From NCBI GenBank assembly GCA_002189035.1, contig NEEC01000002.1, forward strand, positions 4,526,001 through 4,590,000: a DNA stretch of 64,000 nucleotides, in the 5' to 3' direction. Position 1 is the first letter of the stretch, and every line of letters starts with the position of its first letter. This DNA comes from Utricularia gibba. Taxonomy: Eukaryota > Plantae > Magnoliophyta. Both the position numbers and the translations under genes were made by a program. The notes beneath the pieces are model-generated. The model was not told the origin of the DNA. It ran no database searches and was given only the letters and a program-made list of their open reading frames with translations. This document shows, piece after piece, positions 63,001 through 64,000 of this stretch.

Positions 63001-64000
63001 AAATCTCTTGCGAAACTCTTGCTAGATAGTTGTTTCTCAACCTTTGTGGCCATATGAATCATGTCCTCCATCTCAATGTAGTGATGAAGCTCCACAATAT
63101 TTGCAATCTCCTTATTCATCCCATGAAAAAACCTAGCCGTAGTTGCTTCTCTATCTTCCTGAACATGAGCTCTAATCATTAAAATCTCCATTTCCTGCCA
63201 ATATTCCTCCACTGGCCTTGAGCCCTGCTTGAGATTTTGCAAATGTTGATAAACATCTCTTTGGTAATGGTTTGGAACAAACCGCCTCCTCATAACTCTT
63301 TTCATCTCAACCCAAGTGTGAATTGGTTCTTCAGAGTCAATCCTTCTTTTAGCCACCAATTGATCCCACCAAATGATAGCATACTCACTAAATTCCATGG
63401 AGGCCAATCTGATTTTCTTTTCGTCAGAGAAGGTGTTGCAATCAAAGACATGTTCTACTCTTGTTTCCCATTGGAGATATGCATCTGGATCATTCTTTCC
63501 TTGAAATTGAGGTATCTTCATCTTGATGTTGTTAACATCCTTTCCAATTCTTCCTCCGTCTCTTCTACCTCCCTGATCTCGAAATCTTCTTGTATCCCCA
63601 TGCACAAAATCATTTTCACTATGTTCAATGTAGTCATCTTCTTCATCAGTATTCAGGGTTCGATCTCTTCTTCCAACAGTCCTTGCACTTCGTTGATCAC
63701 TTAAGTCATGTTCAGTGTTGATGCGTTATGCAATTGACTACCTCGACCCCTTCCAGCAGCATAATTATCTTGTCTTCGTGCTCTTGCAACATTTTGCAAA
63801 GAATTTTCGTGTTCATCAAGCCTGACATTTATGTTTTCCAGAATGCGATGCAATCTAGTGAACTCCTGTTGCATAGCTTTCAAAGTGAACCTCCCATCCG
63901 GTGAGTCATCCTTTTCATGCTCACTTCTGGAATTTGACATCCTAAATACTGGACAAAAGAAAACGAGCAGCAAGGAAGAAAAGAGACTAAACTAAAAAGA
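57019..64000 (-). repeat. Near-identical inverted duplication of 26506-33608 (CRM-B internal region and 3' LTR, TSD, CRM-A gag-protease); continues off the right edge
   Basis: 57019 corresponds to 33608 and 64000 to ~26506. The LTR copy is at 58763-59364 with TSD GAAAG at 58758-58762. Only scattered SNPs and indels. Confidence 0.97.
60214..62958 (-). pseudogene. Duplicated CRM-B pol: protease, RT and RNase H in one open frame, broken at the integrase zinc finger by a deletion
   Basis: 914-aa ORF lacking the copy-1 RT frameshift; diverges after LCIPSC. The integrase core continues in 59330-60364. Confidence 0.92.

Noticed and set aside
1281-63704. Numerous 60-155 aa ORFs in the supplied track antisense or out of frame to TE genes (e.g. 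26803-27270, 27506-27856, 53038-53613, 11477-11785)
   Set aside because: They are shadows of real coding frames or low-complexity DNA, with no independent motifs.
1-64000. CRISPR arrays, rRNA/tRNA genes, or prokaryotic/horizontally transferred operons
   Set aside because: No repeat-spacer periodicity or RNA-gene signatures were seen. tRNA-complementary stretches are retrotransposon PBSs, and the genes found have spliceosomal introns.

Overview
Plant (probably eudicot) nuclear DNA: a pericentromeric-type nest of mostly decayed LTR retrotransposons (Ty1/copia, CRM-clade and Athila-clade Ty3/gypsy, solo LTRs) with a few genic islands. Host-type content is an LMI1/ATHB-51-like HD-Zip I gene (10893-11885, one frameshift) and an orphan GDSL-lipase exon (23103-23233). 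The core is a nested stack verified by target-site duplications: unclassified repeat X < copia-2 < CRM-A < CRM-B. About 7 kb of this stack is duplicated in inverted orientation at 57019-64000. The ORF track misses a tandem, minus-strand, two-gene spliced cassette at 42447-46506: a plant NIF/FCP1-homology HAD-fold gene and an unrecognised ~260-aa coiled-coil protein with an AT-hook-like tail. An AACCG/CGGTT hairpin array bounds it on the left. This cassette is the best candidate here for an undescribed system, possibly accessory genes of a large DNA transposon (inference). All family calls come from motif recognition by eye; no searches were run.
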